NCBI GenBank assembly: GCA_004022145.1
Contig: RCNU01000011.1
Reading direction: 5' to 3' (one strand)
Source: Paecilomyces variotii
Taxonomy: Eukaryota
Length of the DNA: 64,000 bases
The position numbers and the translations under genes are program-made. Of this stretch, positions 63,453-64,000 are shown one piece after another. Below the pieces are notes generated by a model that was given only the letters and a program-made list of their open reading frames with translations, did no database searches and had not been told where the DNA came from. Each line of letters starts with the position of its first letter. Positions within the stretch are counted from its first letter, which is position 1.

Positions 63453-64000
63453 TCAGAAGTCCTCATCTAACTCATCGCTATCCCACTCGTCTTCCTGGTC
63501 ATTTCGGACCAGATCCAGGAATCGTTGGAGAGCCGGCCTTCCGGCCTGCTGGTCCTGGACTCGGCCATTTTGCGCGGCTCTCTGCGGCGGTCGAGGTGCA
63601 GCTTGTCGAGCAGCAGGACGATTTCGAACTTGAGCCATTGCTCGTGCTTGTGCCTGCCGCTCTGCAGCGGCAGCACGACCAGCAGCGTCTAGGCCATTCG
63701 CGTTACGAGCACGGTGGGCAGGGTCGACGGGTGGAATGACACGAGGTGGTGCGGGAGCCGGTGGAGGTGGCCGCATTTGACGATTGATAGCTTCATCGTC
63801 GCTCTCGCCATCAAACTCCCACGCGGGATTATCATCGCTAGTGTCGCTCTGGTCGTCGAATTCAAGCAGCTCGTCCGGTATTTGGTGGAGAGCTTCTGCT
63901 CCTTCGGGGTCGATACCATCGCCGCCTTCCAAGTCCCAAAGACGATTAAAGCACTTACTCTCCAAGTCGTTGAAGTGGCGATAAGGATTGTCTTCTGCAA
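63453..64000 (-). CDS. 3' end of an RBR (RING-IBR-RING) E3 ligase, Itt1/RNF14-like; partial, continues beyond the window
   Basis: DNPYRHFNDLESKCFNRLWDLEGGDG followed by acidic and Pro/Ala-rich tail ending LQRFLDLVRNDQEDEWDSDEL. Confidence 0.65.
   Translation of the reverse strand, partial: AEDNPYRHFNDLESKCFNRLWDLEGGDGIDPEGAEALHQIPDELLEFDDQSDTSDDNPAWEFDGESDDEAINRQMRPPPPAPAPPRVIPPVDPAHRARNANGLDAAGRAAAAERQAQARAMAQVRNRPAARQAAPRPPQRAAQNGRVQDQQAGRPALQRFLDLVRNDQEDEWDSDELDEDF

Noticed and set aside
1..64000. tRNA, rRNA, CRISPR array, intact transposase or secondary-metabolite backbone gene
   Set aside because: None recognised by eye; tRNAscan-SE and Rfam scans would be needed to exclude small RNAs formally

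Overview
Eukaryotic, intron-containing DNA from a filamentous ascomycete; the gene set and GT-AG introns with CTRAC-type branch points suggest Eurotiales (inference). The window has two parts. (1) About 1-15.2 kb is a loosely packed, accessory-looking block: Zn2Cys6 TF, bZIP/DUF3425 TF, SDR, an intronless bacterial-style secreted alpha/beta hydrolase, DUF1295, and an orphan type-I membrane protein divergent from an ADAM metalloprotease. (2) About 16.8-64 kb is a dense housekeeping block: ssSPT-like, PET100, ECI1, CDC123, COG1, DUF1640, LAA1/HEATR5, TACO1-like, CENP-I/Mis6, CLPTM1, atypical SDR, ASXH protein, SEC22, ELP5, SNRNP27, TDA3-like, CWH41, MMTAG2-like, CRT10-like and the 3' end of an RBR ligase. 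The most striking unexplained structure is a ~3 kb island between COG1 and the DUF1640 gene. It holds a decayed HNH-endonuclease gene split by an 898-bp insert between 5-bp direct repeats (AACTC). The insert is itself an intron-containing fragment of an unrecognised gene, and both parts carry RIP-like CA->TA stops. Also notable: an ASXH/DEUBAD protein with a split RAMA-like C-terminus, a GC-AG intron in front of the SEC22 membrane anchor, an 8-nt microexon in the CRT10-like gene, and an SDR lacking its catalytic lysine. All gene models were spliced by eye; family calls come from motif recognition, not database searches.
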